Source: a virus. From it: 64,000 nucleotides of DNA. The translations under genes were made by a program, and so were the position numbers. The notes beneath the pieces were generated by a model. It had not been told where the DNA came from. It ran no database searches and worked only from the letters and a program-made list of their open reading frames with translations. Below are positions 17,720-27,486 of the stretch, one piece after another. Where the stretch lies: the IMG/VR virus record IMGVR_UViG_3300025276_000029, positions 7,553 through 71,552 of that record; one strand, 5' to 3'. How positions within the stretch are numbered: the first letter of the stretch is position 1; each line of letters begins with the position of its first letter.

Positions 17720-18329
17720 TTTTTTCTAGTTTATTTTTAAAATACTTACAGTCCCACGCTGGGGTAATATCAGTATAGTATTTTTCAAAGTTACTTCTGT
17801 ATAATACTCCGTTAAAGTTTTGAGCATCATCTAAGTTGGTATTGTGTGAAACTACATCCGTAGGGATGTTAAAGTTTTTACATAATTCAGCAACTAATTT
17901 AATTGTTGAATCTACCTGCTTGTCTGTAAATGGTGCCCAATACATTTGACTTCTCCATCTCTTCTCAATAACAGAATCCTTTCTATTATAAATATGTCCA
18001 ACATAGTTAATGTACTTCTTTTCGTTACTTAAATCTTTAATAAGCCAACCTTCGTTTTCTAATAAGATAGTTATAGCACTTTCGTTCAAGTCTGGTTTTA
18101 GCATAAAGTCAGAAAAATAGTTAGGAGAGAAGTGTTGGTATACACTACCGTTAATCGCTACAGTAAACATAGCTGTCCTGGTGTATTTGCCATTATTTCT
18201 CTTTGACCACCCAGTATAATGACTCATGTTCGACGAATATGTGACACCTATAACTATCTTATCTTTTTTAGTGCCTTGAGATATGTAGTTGTCTTCAGTC
18301 AATTTATAACTCTTAGTATTTATATTCAT
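17703..18329 (-). CDS. N-acetylmuramoyl-L-alanine amidase-like protein with degenerate active site
   Basis: Amidase_2-like layout (KIVI..T, F.V...G.VYQ, FTDKQ..STIKLV..LC, D..P); expected His ligands not evident. Confidence 0.65.
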   Translation of the reverse strand: MNINTKSYKLTEDNYISQGTKKDKIVIGVTYSSNMSHYTGWSKRNNGKYTRTAMFTVAINGSVYQHFSPNYFSDFMLKPDLNESAITILLENEGWLIKDLSNEKKYINYVGHIYNRKDSVIEKRWRSQMYWAPFTDKQVDSTIKLVAELCKNFNIPTDVVSHNTNLDDAQNFNGVLYRSNFEKYYTDITPAWDCKYFKNKLEKNEQHG

Positions 18330-19549
18330 TAACCCCTTTTTTTAAAGTAAATAGTTTCGTTATTGCCGTCCCTAACCTCTTTATTAGTACCTATCCTATT
18401 TACAGTGTTAGTTCTTTTTCTTTCTGGAACTGGAACCGAAAATCCCCTATCACCTTTATTTTTTATTATATTTTTTTGGGGTTCTTGTTTGGGTTCTTCT
18501 TTGAGCTCTTCAATTATATCAATATAATTTGTAAAAACTTTACCAGTTGTAGTGGCAGAAGCTTCGTCTGGTATAACTTCATCAATAACTTGAGGTTTAA
18601 CTTGATTATGTACTTTTGGGGTTGTTTTATTTGATTTTTTAATTAATTTAGGCATTTTAAACCTTTTAAATAAAGAACCTATTGTTTTTATTTTATTTTT
18701 TAACTTATTTTTTATTTCAAACTTTCCACCTATATACTTTTTTTTTACAACCTTGTTTTCGTCAGTGTTGACAATTTTATTAAATACAATAATCATAAGA
18801 ACAGCCATAGGGTCGCCGATAATTATCAAAAGGAATATAAAATACTTCATAACCTCATCCATACTTTTACCAGTAACTTCTGATAAATACTTAAGTGGAC
18901 CTAGTTCTGCTGCACTATCATTACCTAACTTTACTTCAACAATCTGGTTGTCTAAATCGAATACCTTAGTGTTTAATTCATCGTACTTAACATTTATAAC
19001 GTCTAGTCTTTCTTGTCCTGAATCTATTTGTTTAACCAGTTCCCTTCTTGTTGAAGATGAGGTTGTTGTTATTATCTTGCCTGTTTCTTTGTCTTTGTAT
19101 TGTATAACGTTGTTAGATAAACCAGCGCTAAGTTCTGATATCCTAATATTAATCGATTCTTTTTCTTTATTAACATTGTTTAATTGCCCTTGGAATCCAT
19201 CTCTTTTCTTTTCTAGTAAAGTTACTTGAGCTTCTACGTTCTCAAGCTTCATAAACGTTTCCTTGTATGTAGACGATAAGAATCCGTAGATACCTACAGA
19301 CGTTATTACCATGGCGATACCAATACCTAATGATAAAAGCCCTTTATAAATCCATGATATCTTCTTTCCGTATGTGTGTATCGCTGAAGTAGCGACAATC
19401 TTAGCAATCTCAATTGCTGAAAAGAATAATAACCCAAGTGTACCAGCTCCGCTGAATACCTTTAATAACCCTCCTACCGATACGTAAGCTACGATACCTG
19501 CCATTCCTACTGCCATGACTAATATCAAATATAATAATATTTTTTTCAT
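18329..19549 (-). CDS. Multi-TM membrane protein with long coiled coil
   Basis: Three N-terminal TMs, coiled coil, ELGPLKYL motif, fourth TM with DPMAV. Confidence 0.8.
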   Translation of the reverse strand: MKKILLYLILVMAVGMAGIVAYVSVGGLLKVFSGAGTLGLLFFSAIEIAKIVATSAIHTYGKKISWIYKGLLSLGIGIAMVITSVGIYGFLSSTYKETFMKLENVEAQVTLLEKKRDGFQGQLNNVNKEKESINIRISELSAGLSNNVIQYKDKETGKIITTTSSSTRRELVKQIDSGQERLDVINVKYDELNTKVFDLDNQIVEVKLGNDSAAELGPLKYLSEVTGKSMDEVMKYFIFLLIIIGDPMAVLMIIVFNKIVNTDENKVVKKKYIGGKFEIKNKLKNKIKTIGSLFKRFKMPKLIKKSNKTTPKVHNQVKPQVIDEVIPDEASATTTGKVFTNYIDIIEELKEEPKQEPQKNIIKNKGDRGFSVPVPERKRTNTVNRIGTNKEVRDGNNETIYFKKRG

Positions 19550-19570
19550 ATGTACTATATAAATATATAA

Positions 19571-20416
19571 CTATTCATTAATTATATCAAATAAATCACT
19601 AGCGTTAAATCTAACCCTTCTGATAGCTTTTTCTTTTATTTGTCTAATTCTTTCCTTAGTTAGGTTATACTTGTCACCAATAGCTTCAAGCGTCATTCCA
19701 TTATACTCCTTATTAATACCAAAATAGCATTCAAGAATTTCTTTTTCCCTGCTGTCTAGTTTTGAAAGTATGTTGTTAATTTCTATTTTGATTCTTTCGT
19801 CAGTTGAAAATATCTCTTCTTCTATGTTAGAATTAGCATCTGCTATAAGACAATATAGTTCGTCACCGTCTTCATTTATAACGTCATTTAATGATGTGCA
19901 CTGAGGTGTTATTAAGTGTTCTATCGCATCACCGTTAGTATCTAATAAATCACCATACACTGGAAGTCTTTCGTTGTCTAATTCAAATCTTTCAATTTCT
20001 TTCCTTAGGTCTGAAACTTTTTTAATGACATTGGTAGGTAGTCTAATCATTCTAGCATTGTCATTAAGACTCTTAATTATTGACTCTTTAATCCACCAAA
20101 CCGCATAGGATATAAACTTAAAGCCTCTAGTGTGGTCAAAACGAGTTGCTGCCTTAACCAGACCTAAATTTCCTTCACTTATAAGGTCACTTAATGAAAG
20201 ACCTTGGCCTTGATAGTCTTTTGCTATTGATATTACAAATTTTAAATTTGCACCAACTAGTTTATTTACTGCTGAATCATCACCGTTTTTAATCTTTATC
20301 GCCAAATCTACCTCGTCTTCAGGTGTTATTAATTCACTTTTTCTTACATCTTTAAAATAATTAGATATTGTTGCGTCGTCTGAGGTGTTTGCAAATTTTT
20401 TCTTGTTCATATTCAT
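19571..20416 (-). CDS. rpoD: RNA polymerase sigma-70 factor, Bacteroidota RpoD-like (no region 1.1)
   Basis: ANLKFVISIAK.YQGQGL...DLISEGNLGL..AA.RFD.TRGFKFISYAVWWI; region 4 TLEAIG..YNLTKERIRQIKEKA. Confidence 0.93.
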   Translation of the reverse strand: MNMNKKKFANTSDDATISNYFKDVRKSELITPEDEVDLAIKIKNGDDSAVNKLVGANLKFVISIAKDYQGQGLSLSDLISEGNLGLVKAATRFDHTRGFKFISYAVWWIKESIIKSLNDNARMIRLPTNVIKKVSDLRKEIERFELDNERLPVYGDLLDTNGDAIEHLITPQCTSLNDVINEDGDELYCLIADANSNIEEEIFSTDERIKIEINNILSKLDSREKEILECYFGINKEYNGMTLEAIGDKYNLTKERIRQIKEKAIRRVRFNASDLFDIINE

Positions 20417-20494
20417 TTTTCATACTATAACTTCTTATTATGTTTCGTTAGGATATATAAATATCTATAATAAATAAAAAAAGTATCTTTTACT

Positions 20495-21037
20495 TTATTT
20501 ACTTATCATTTCTAACACTTTTTTGTCGAATTCACTTAGGTTGTCAACCCCCTTGTCTAATATTTCGTCAATTATAACCGCTTTCTCGCTAACACTTAAA
20601 TTGTCGTAATAACTTTTGTTCGGTCTTGTATCACTTTTAACAGTTTTAGTTTCCATTTTAAGATTTATAAATGGTATATCTTCTTCAGTACTACCACTAT
20701 TAGTGAATGATTCACTAATTTCATCCATTATCTTGTCAGATTTATCTTTTAGGTTACTATAGTTTTTTTCCATTTCTCGGAATAACCCGTTGTGCACTTT
20801 TTTATTATTAATATTATAACCCGTATTACCAGCACCAACTTCAAGTAAGAAAAAGTTTCTTTCTAAGGATTTAAAGTAATCTTCCAATTCCTTAGCATTA
20901 GCAACACTAATAAATGTAGATATAACTACACCGACAGAGTTTAAAACTTTTGGCTTACTGTCGGAAACTTTTGCTATTTCTGGTAAGACGCCTTCTGTCT
21001 TACCCATTACCACTATACAATAATTTGTAAAAATCAT
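20495..21037 (-). CDS. Hypothetical protein with C-terminal DUF6576-like helical motif
   Basis: IDEILDKGVDNLSEFDKKVL. Confidence 0.7.
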   Translation of the reverse strand: MIFTNYCIVVMGKTEGVLPEIAKVSDSKPKVLNSVGVVISTFISVANAKELEDYFKSLERNFFLLEVGAGNTGYNINNKKVHNGLFREMEKNYSNLKDKSDKIMDEISESFTNSGSTEEDIPFINLKMETKTVKSDTRPNKSYYDNLSVSEKAVIIDEILDKGVDNLSEFDKKVLEMISK

Positions 21038-21108
21038 AATTTATTATTTTTTTTTTAATATTATAACGCAAATATACTATTTTTTTGTTAATAAAGCTAC
21101 CGTACTTG

Positions 21109-23490
21109 TTAGTATTCCTTAATACTCAATTTTGAGATGTTATTAACTTTTTCAATAGTAATGATATTATCAGCCCAATCTTTAACTATTTCATTCTGTG
21201 TAATAAAGAATACTATATCAAACATATCAGATATTCTTTCGAATAAAGGTTTCATGTTTGGTATGTTTTCTGGTGCTACTCTACCCATTACTTCATCAAA
21301 CGTAATAAAGTTCGGTGTTGGTAGTGAAGACATCTTTCCTAATACACATCTTAACGCTATACTTGCCGTTGTTAATTCAAAACCACTACCAGACTTAAGT
21401 GCTTTTTCAACACCGTCCTTTACTAATAAATATCTCACTTCATTTTTATCGTCAATAAAAACTTCTATATCGAAATCTGTTATATCTTCCAGTAGCCTCT
21501 GTAGCTCACCATTTATGATTGGAAGTACTGACCTAAGAACTAGCTTGCTAATACCTTTCTTACCTACCATATCAATGTATATTTTAAAAATTCTCTCGAT
21601 ATCCTTTTCTTTTTTTAATATCTCAATTAAATTATCTTTTTTAAGAATGTCTTTATTATTTGAGTCTACATTAATTGCGATGGTTTGTAGTTCAGCATTT
21701 AACCTGTTCTTAGATGTTTCACTAACATTCATCTTAGTATCTATAAGACTAATGTTTATGTCAATCTTCTTGTTCTTGTCAATAGAGTCCAGATTTTCTT
21801 TATACTTTTTTAAGTCACCTTGTTTTTCTTTTATTTCAATCCTTAGTGTATCTACTTCAACACCAAGTCTATCTCTCTTTAATTCAAGATTGTTTCTGAG
21901 TTCAATCTTACTCTTAACCTCACTAAGTCCAAGTAAACTAGCTTCAACTACAGCTAGTTTATTACTTTTAACTATAAGTTTTTTTACTTTAGTTTCAATA
22001 TCTACCTCGTGTTGATTAATATGAGTACTATTATCTACATCATCTAATTTTCTGTTACAAGACTGGCAAATCCCACCCTTAATTAAGTCTTGGACCACCT
22101 TCTTTAGTCTATTCACCTCGGCGTAACCAACAGCGATATCTGTTGTTAGAGTTTGCTTGTCTTTTGTTAATTCAAAGTCCTTATCTTCATCGAAATTAAG
22201 TTTTCCTATCTCTTTTAAATCTAAATTAATTTTCTTTATATCAGTATTGTGTTGTTTGCCAGTATTTATAATAGTAGCAATTTCACTTTCCAATTTAGAT
22301 GGGTTCATGCTAAGTATTTCTGCATCAATCTTGTCCTTAGAGGCTACTTCGTCTAGTTTTTCTTGTGATAATCTCTTGTATGTTTCTGTTTCAGTCATTA
22401 ATAACCTATCTGTAGCTGTTTTACTAGTCTCTAAGGTGTTAAGTTCCGATTTATGACCTGTTATCTCCTCGGTAAGTGTTACCGTGTCGTAGATGTTACC
22501 TTTCATCGTCTTTCCGAAGTTCTTGTACATCTCTTTCGCTGCTTTTTCTTTTAAAGCAATCGGTTCAAGTCCGATGAACCTAGTTAATAGTCTTCCGCTC
22601 TCACCTGCGGTGGAGTCTACTAAACTGTCTAGGTTTCTGGATGTCGCTAACACTACTAAGTCAAAATCAGCTTCATTACCAACAGTGTCTTTGATTAGTT
22701 GTGTGGTTTTGATAGCGTCTTCATCGTTTAATTCTTCTTCTTCACCATCTGGAAGTATCTTATAGTACTTAATCTTATTAGTTATATTCCAACCACCTTT
22801 CCTTTTTGGTTTTCTCTCTAATAGTCGTTCAATGATAAGTTCTTCACTGTCTTCAATCTCTATAAGACCTCTAACAACTAATTCATTACCTTCACTATAT
22901 TGATTGAATACTTCAGAGTTGGTATCGGTCTTGGTTGTCTTACCAAAGAATAAGAACTTAACGGCGTCAATTGTTATAGATGTTTTACCTCCTTGATTTG
23001 CTGGTGTTGAATTAACGACAGTGAACCCTTTGAATCTATCTACTGGGAAGTAGTTGTTCTCGCCATAGGATAAAAAGTTATTAACCATCATCCACTTAAG
23101 TCTGTATTTCTTATGAATTTCAGCGTCAATATCAATATCTAACTCACCGTTTACTTTATCATCTAAGGTAAGTATTCTTTTAAAATCAAAATCTTCTTTA
23201 CCTTCTCTGGTAAGCCATTCCTTAAATAACTCTCTTTGATAATGAGTGCTCATTATGTTTTCAATATTAGCACCATCAATCTCAACGATATCACCAGAGG
23301 TGTTTCGTTTAATTGGTTTGTATACCACGTTGATAGATTGACTATCAATCCCGTACTTACTTCCAAAGTATTTCTTTACTCTTGTTCTAGATTCTCTAGA
23401 GTAGTTTTCTGGGTAGTCTGACCAATATACCTTTATCTTTGCGTTTTGTGGTATTTGTAATTTTACTAATCCTGTTTCTTGTTGTTCCAT
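21109..23490 (-). CDS. sbcC: SbcC/Rad50/gp46-like recombination ATPase with N-terminal extension
   Basis: NNFLSYG, Walker A-like NQGGKTS, coiled coils with CQSC zinc hook, SGFE signature, Walker B FITFDE. Confidence 0.9.
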   Translation of the reverse strand: MEQQETGLVKLQIPQNAKIKVYWSDYPENYSRESRTRVKKYFGSKYGIDSQSINVVYKPIKRNTSGDIVEIDGANIENIMSTHYQRELFKEWLTREGKEDFDFKRILTLDDKVNGELDIDIDAEIHKKYRLKWMMVNNFLSYGENNYFPVDRFKGFTVVNSTPANQGGKTSITIDAVKFLFFGKTTKTDTNSEVFNQYSEGNELVVRGLIEIEDSEELIIERLLERKPKRKGGWNITNKIKYYKILPDGEEEELNDEDAIKTTQLIKDTVGNEADFDLVVLATSRNLDSLVDSTAGESGRLLTRFIGLEPIALKEKAAKEMYKNFGKTMKGNIYDTVTLTEEITGHKSELNTLETSKTATDRLLMTETETYKRLSQEKLDEVASKDKIDAEILSMNPSKLESEIATIINTGKQHNTDIKKINLDLKEIGKLNFDEDKDFELTKDKQTLTTDIAVGYAEVNRLKKVVQDLIKGGICQSCNRKLDDVDNSTHINQHEVDIETKVKKLIVKSNKLAVVEASLLGLSEVKSKIELRNNLELKRDRLGVEVDTLRIEIKEKQGDLKKYKENLDSIDKNKKIDINISLIDTKMNVSETSKNRLNAELQTIAINVDSNNKDILKKDNLIEILKKEKDIERIFKIYIDMVGKKGISKLVLRSVLPIINGELQRLLEDITDFDIEVFIDDKNEVRYLLVKDGVEKALKSGSGFELTTASIALRCVLGKMSSLPTPNFITFDEVMGRVAPENIPNMKPLFERISDMFDIVFFITQNEIVKDWADNIITIEKVNNISKLSIKEY

Positions 23491-24020
23491 AAATCAATTG
23501 TGTTTGAACCTAAATAACCTCTTTTACCTCCGTATATATCGTCGTCTTCTTTCTTTGGCTTACTCTTTTCCGTTTCTAATTTTTCTTTTAAGATGCCTAT
23601 CTCTTTTTCTTTTTCGTCTAGATTACGTCTAAATTCGTCTAATTTTTCGTCTAGATTACGTCTAAATTCGTCTAATTTTTCAAAATCAGATAGACTTAAT
23701 TTAAGCGTTTCTTTAACTTTTGTTAATTCTTTTTTTAATTCGATATTAGCTTCATCGTCAGTAACAAATATCTCCTTCTCTACTTCAACAATCTTTTCTA
23801 CTTCAATAAACTTTTCTACCTGAACCTCTTTAATCACTTCCACTTCCTTAATTACTTCCACCTCTTTAACCTCCACAGGTTTTTCCCATGGTGTAGAGCC
23901 GAATTTCTCAGATGTAAAACCATTCGTTAACATCTTAACAATAAAACCATTAAGGTCGGTGATATCGTTAAGCCTGCAGTAGTCCCAGATTTCGTCTTTT
24001 ATATTCTTTGGTAATTCCAT
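23466..24020 (-). CDS. Coiled-coil protein with KEVEVI repeats
   Basis: VEVIKEVEVIKEV repeats; EKLDEFRRNLD occurs twice. Confidence 0.8.
   Translation of the reverse strand: MELPKNIKDEIWDYCRLNDITDLNGFIVKMLTNGFTSEKFGSTPWEKPVEVKEVEVIKEVEVIKEVQVEKFIEVEKIVEVEKEIFVTDDEANIELKKELTKVKETLKLSLSDFEKLDEFRRNLDEKLDEFRRNLDEKEKEIGILKEKLETEKSKPKKEDDDIYGGKRGYLGSNTIDLWNNKKQD
23610..23681. repeat. Exact 33-bp tandem duplication (in frame)
   Basis: TTTTTCGTCTAGATTACGTCTAAATTCGTCTAA twice plus a partial copy. Confidence 0.9.
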
Positions 24021-24021
24021 T

Positions 24022-24837
24022 TTATATATTTGTTAATATTTCAGAACCATTATCAATGTCGTTTATCGAATCTATTTTAAATTGGTAAAAACCGTAATCG
24101 GTTTCGACATCATGTTCTTCATATGTCTTAGTTTCAACGTCCCACCATAAGAAACCATGCTTACCAATCTTCTCGCCAAAATTCTGTTGAATAAGTGAAC
24201 TAGGCATTACGATAGGTATACCTTTAAATCTCAAGTCCTGACGTTTATGTATGTCACCACACATGACAATATCATTACCTTCGAATATATCAAGACTATG
24301 TCCATGTTCAATTTCATAACCTACATCAGTTGTTGAGCCAATAAGTGGTCCGTGGAATAATCCGATATATGTCTTATCATCTCCATGGTCAATCCTAGCA
24401 TCTTCAATATTTGGTCTGTCACTACCCGTTATGATGGAATAGACATCCCACACAACGTTATTATCAACATAGCACCCAGTTTCAGTATAGTATTGTATCT
24501 TTAACTCAGGAAGTAATTGAACCATAGGTGTGATACTATCAACCCTATCCTTATTGTTCTCAAGTAAGTCATGATTACCTGGAATAATTACAACTGGTGC
24601 TATTTTATCTAGTTTCCTAAGAAACCAAGTACCAAGTATAAGTAACTCATTAGAAATGGTTATCTTCTGGTGTACGTAATCTCCTGCTATAACGATTCTA
24701 ACCTCTTCTCTATTGTATGGTTCCACTAGTACCCTTATCTGCTTTAAGAACGTCTTAAAAGCCGCCCCATATTCCTCATGCATTCTGAATGTTCTGATGT
24801 GGATATCAGCTATATGTATTATTTTCTTAATTTCCAT
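24022..24837 (-). CDS. sbcD: SbcD/Mre11/gp47-like metallophosphoesterase nuclease
   Basis: ADIH, AGD, PGNHD, FHG and GDIH motifs; QQNFGE. Confidence 0.9.
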   Translation of the reverse strand: MEIKKIIHIADIHIRTFRMHEEYGAAFKTFLKQIRVLVEPYNREEVRIVIAGDYVHQKITISNELLILGTWFLRKLDKIAPVVIIPGNHDLLENNKDRVDSITPMVQLLPELKIQYYTETGCYVDNNVVWDVYSIITGSDRPNIEDARIDHGDDKTYIGLFHGPLIGSTTDVGYEIEHGHSLDIFEGNDIVMCGDIHKRQDLRFKGIPIVMPSSLIQQNFGEKIGKHGFLWWDVETKTYEEHDVETDYGFYQFKIDSINDIDNGSEILTNI

Positions 24838-24840
24838 AAT

Positions 24841-25791
24841 TTATCCTTTTAATAGTTTATCTAAATCTTCTATTCTTTTTTTCTCTCTTTCAATATCACT
24901 ATACTTCTTAGCCATAACTTCCTTTATTCTTGGTAGTGGAGGCATTGTTAATACTGTATCGCTAAATGACTTTGGTATTCTGTATTCTGTAAAAACACCT
25001 TCAGCTGTTAAATGAACAATAATCCCACCCAACACTTTTATGTTCTCATACTTAGTACCCTTAAGCATGTCTAAAAATAATCTAATATATAATGGCAGTT
25101 GAATCATATAGTGAGACAATGCTGTATCCATGTAGTCCGTGAACGGCGCAAGCATTGGTTCTGTATATGCGTGTACTTGAAAGTTTTTTGGTTTATTAGT
25201 TTTCCAATCACTAATAACTACACCTAAATCACCATTCTTATCAAACATAATCCACATCTTATCTGGTTGGCCAGTATATTCTAGGTCAGAACTACCTAAG
25301 ACCATTTCAGTATCTAGCAATACTGCACCTCTCCTATGCATTTGCCTGATAAAGTTATGGCCAGCGTCAATCATACGGTTACCATCAGTAGTTTGTTGTT
25401 CATCACACTCAAAGTGTGGTTTCCTGACTTCCTTGTACGAACCATATTCACTAAGTAAATCCATTTCAAGTAAATAATGAACCCTAGACCCCTTACTATT
25501 TGCGTAATCGGCAGTACCCGTCCATTCTCTAAGTAATTCATCTTGCTTTACGATGTCTCCGTTACACATGTCTAGTGATTTATCAAGCGCTGGAAAGTCA
25601 TTATAAAATTGCTTAATTACTGTAGATACACTAGGGAAGTCGGTGCGTATCTTCCCGTTATTATCTCTAATATAATAAATGTGGTCATCTTCAACGAATG
25701 AAAGTTCAAGCTCTTTTTGTTTGTCGTCTATTAAGTCTCTAATTTCCTGACCAATTCTTAATAGTTCTTTTTTTGTTTCTTTTTTATCCAC
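24841..25791 (-). CDS. PD-(D/E)XK (RecB/Cas4-like) exonuclease
   Basis: PSVSTVI, KGSRVH, GQPD, SDWKT and QLPLY motifs; GTG start; promoter TTGAAA-N17-TATATTCG upstream. Confidence 0.85.
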   Translation of the reverse strand: MDKKETKKELLRIGQEIRDLIDDKQKELELSFVEDDHIYYIRDNNGKIRTDFPSVSTVIKQFYNDFPALDKSLDMCNGDIVKQDELLREWTGTADYANSKGSRVHYLLEMDLLSEYGSYKEVRKPHFECDEQQTTDGNRMIDAGHNFIRQMHRRGAVLLDTEMVLGSSDLEYTGQPDKMWIMFDKNGDLGVVISDWKTNKPKNFQVHAYTEPMLAPFTDYMDTALSHYMIQLPLYIRLFLDMLKGTKYENIKVLGGIIVHLTAEGVFTEYRIPKSFSDTVLTMPPLPRIKEVMAKKYSDIEREKKRIEDLDKLLKG

Positions 25792-25855
25792 AAATGTTAT
25801 TTAGTTGCGAATATAACTATTTTTTATGTAAATTTCAAGTATTTATAGTAAAGAT

Positions 25856-26491
25856 ATGAAAATTTTAATAAAAAAATTACTTAGAGAAGGATTGTTGGAT
25901 GAAGCTGCGTTAACGACTTCGAGCCTTCCTGAAGGTACAGGGTTGTTTGCTAAAGAGCAGAATAGTAATGAGTTAGTATTATTTAACCCTAGTACGAAAC
26001 AAGCATACGCAATTATTAATTTTGTATATAACCCTAGTCAGTCAGACTTTCATTATGTCATAGCAGTTGCCGCTGAAAAGGGTTACGGACCACTTATTTA
26101 TGAGTTAGCTATGATGTATGTTGCGAGTAAACATAATAACCTGCTAACACCAACTAGAGGTGGTGAAATTAGAAGTAAAGCTTTTAACGTTTGGGAGAAA
26201 ATGTATAATAGAGAAGATGTTATTAAAAAAACATTACAACCGACTGATAAAAACTTTAACTATGATATTTTATTTCCAACTAGCGAAGTTTCGAACGATG
26301 AAAGACAAGAAGCTTTTGACGAGTTGTCGGGTAATGAAAAAAAGGATTTAATTGTATTTAACTCAGGATATACTAAAGAACCAAGTAAAGGGTATTATGA
26401 CTTATTGAGAATTGCACAAGAATACGGTGAAGATGTTTATAATTTAGCTTCTGAAGCTGGTGATAATTTATGGTCAATATCTTATGATTAA
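25856..26491 (+). CDS. GNAT-like protein with head-protein-type leader
   Basis: VAAEKGYGPLIYE resembles acetyl-CoA motif A; AFNVWEK; MKILIKKLLREGL leader; TATTTATA at 25840. Confidence 0.55.
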   Translation: MKILIKKLLREGLLDEAALTTSSLPEGTGLFAKEQNSNELVLFNPSTKQAYAIINFVYNPSQSDFHYVIAVAAEKGYGPLIYELAMMYVASKHNNLLTPTRGGEIRSKAFNVWEKMYNREDVIKKTLQPTDKNFNYDILFPTSEVSNDERQEAFDELSGNEKKDLIVFNSGYTKEPSKGYYDLLRIAQEYGEDVYNLASEAGDNLWSISYD

Positions 26492-27450
26492 TAAAGATTA
26501 CTTTCTGGTATCTTTTCTGAACTTCTAAGTAATTTAATAATACCACGATTGCCTTCTCTTTCAAATATTAACGATGGGTCAGTGTCTGCTGGTGGTGTAC
26601 ATAATTTTACTCTATCGTACAACGAGCCTACATTTAACTCCTTGTATATTCTAATAGCGTCATCCTTAGCATCGTCATCTAATAGTATTACAACATCAGA
26701 CTTGGCGTTCTTAAGTAATAATGATTTAAGTCTATCATACATAGTTTTACCTAAAAGAGGTATTGAGTTTGGAACTACAATATGGTCAAACACTCCTTCA
26801 ACTAGGTATATTGTCCCATCCCAATTAAGGGTAAACTCATTATATATAAATAATTGTTTCTCTACGTCAGGATTTAAGTACTTTGGTTTTTTCCATTTAT
26901 CCCAAGCTCTTGATATGAAGTAATTTAAATCACCTAATTCATCATAAGATGGTATAATAATTCTATTGTGATATTTACCAGTTACAGTGAATCCAATATT
27001 ATATTCTTTAATCATGGTGTCTGTGATACCGCGTTCTCTTAAGTATCTATAAGCCTTACCGTAGTTAAGGTCGTTGTAGTTTGATTCTGATATTTTCTTG
27101 TAACCTATTGGTAATTTTAGGTCTACTTTAATTTCTTTATTTTGATTGTTGGCGTCTAAGTCAGTAGGTCTTATTATTTGATACTCTTTTAATATTTTAT
27201 TATTACCGTATCTTTTGATTAGATTAGGTACACTGCCATGCATGTTATTTTCAAACTTACAGACCCAACATTGATATATGTTTTTTTTGTAATTTAACGC
27301 TAGTTTATGTTTGCCATCACCGCAACCATTAGCTAGTCCTTTGTCTTCAGCACAAGCTGGACAATCAAACGACATTTGCCCACTACTCTCGTTGTGTTCG
27401 GCTGGTTCGCCTAGAAATTGTTTTAATATATCCGATATTATTTGAGACAT
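26488..27450 (-). CDS. dnaG: DNA primase (zinc finger plus TOPRIM)
   Basis: CPAC...CWVC; YLRERGI; RIIIP; KYLNP; YLVEGVFD; LLDDDA. Confidence 0.9.
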   Translation of the reverse strand: MSQIISDILKQFLGEPAEHNESSGQMSFDCPACAEDKGLANGCGDGKHKLALNYKKNIYQCWVCKFENNMHGSVPNLIKRYGNNKILKEYQIIRPTDLDANNQNKEIKVDLKLPIGYKKISESNYNDLNYGKAYRYLRERGITDTMIKEYNIGFTVTGKYHNRIIIPSYDELGDLNYFISRAWDKWKKPKYLNPDVEKQLFIYNEFTLNWDGTIYLVEGVFDHIVVPNSIPLLGKTMYDRLKSLLLKNAKSDVVILLDDDAKDDAIRIYKELNVGSLYDRVKLCTPPADTDPSLIFEREGNRGIIKLLRSSEKIPESNLY

Positions 27451-27455
27451 AAAAA

Positions 27456-27486
27456 CAAATATATGTATTTTTTAATTAAAAAACAA
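27456..27486 (-). promoter_or_regulatory. SigmaA-type promoter
   Basis: TTGTTT-N17-TATATTTG. Confidence 0.65.

Noticed and set aside
24841-25791. Cas4/CRISPR association of the PD-(D/E)XK nuclease
   Set aside because: No four-Cys Fe-S cluster and no cas context; it sits in a recombination operon
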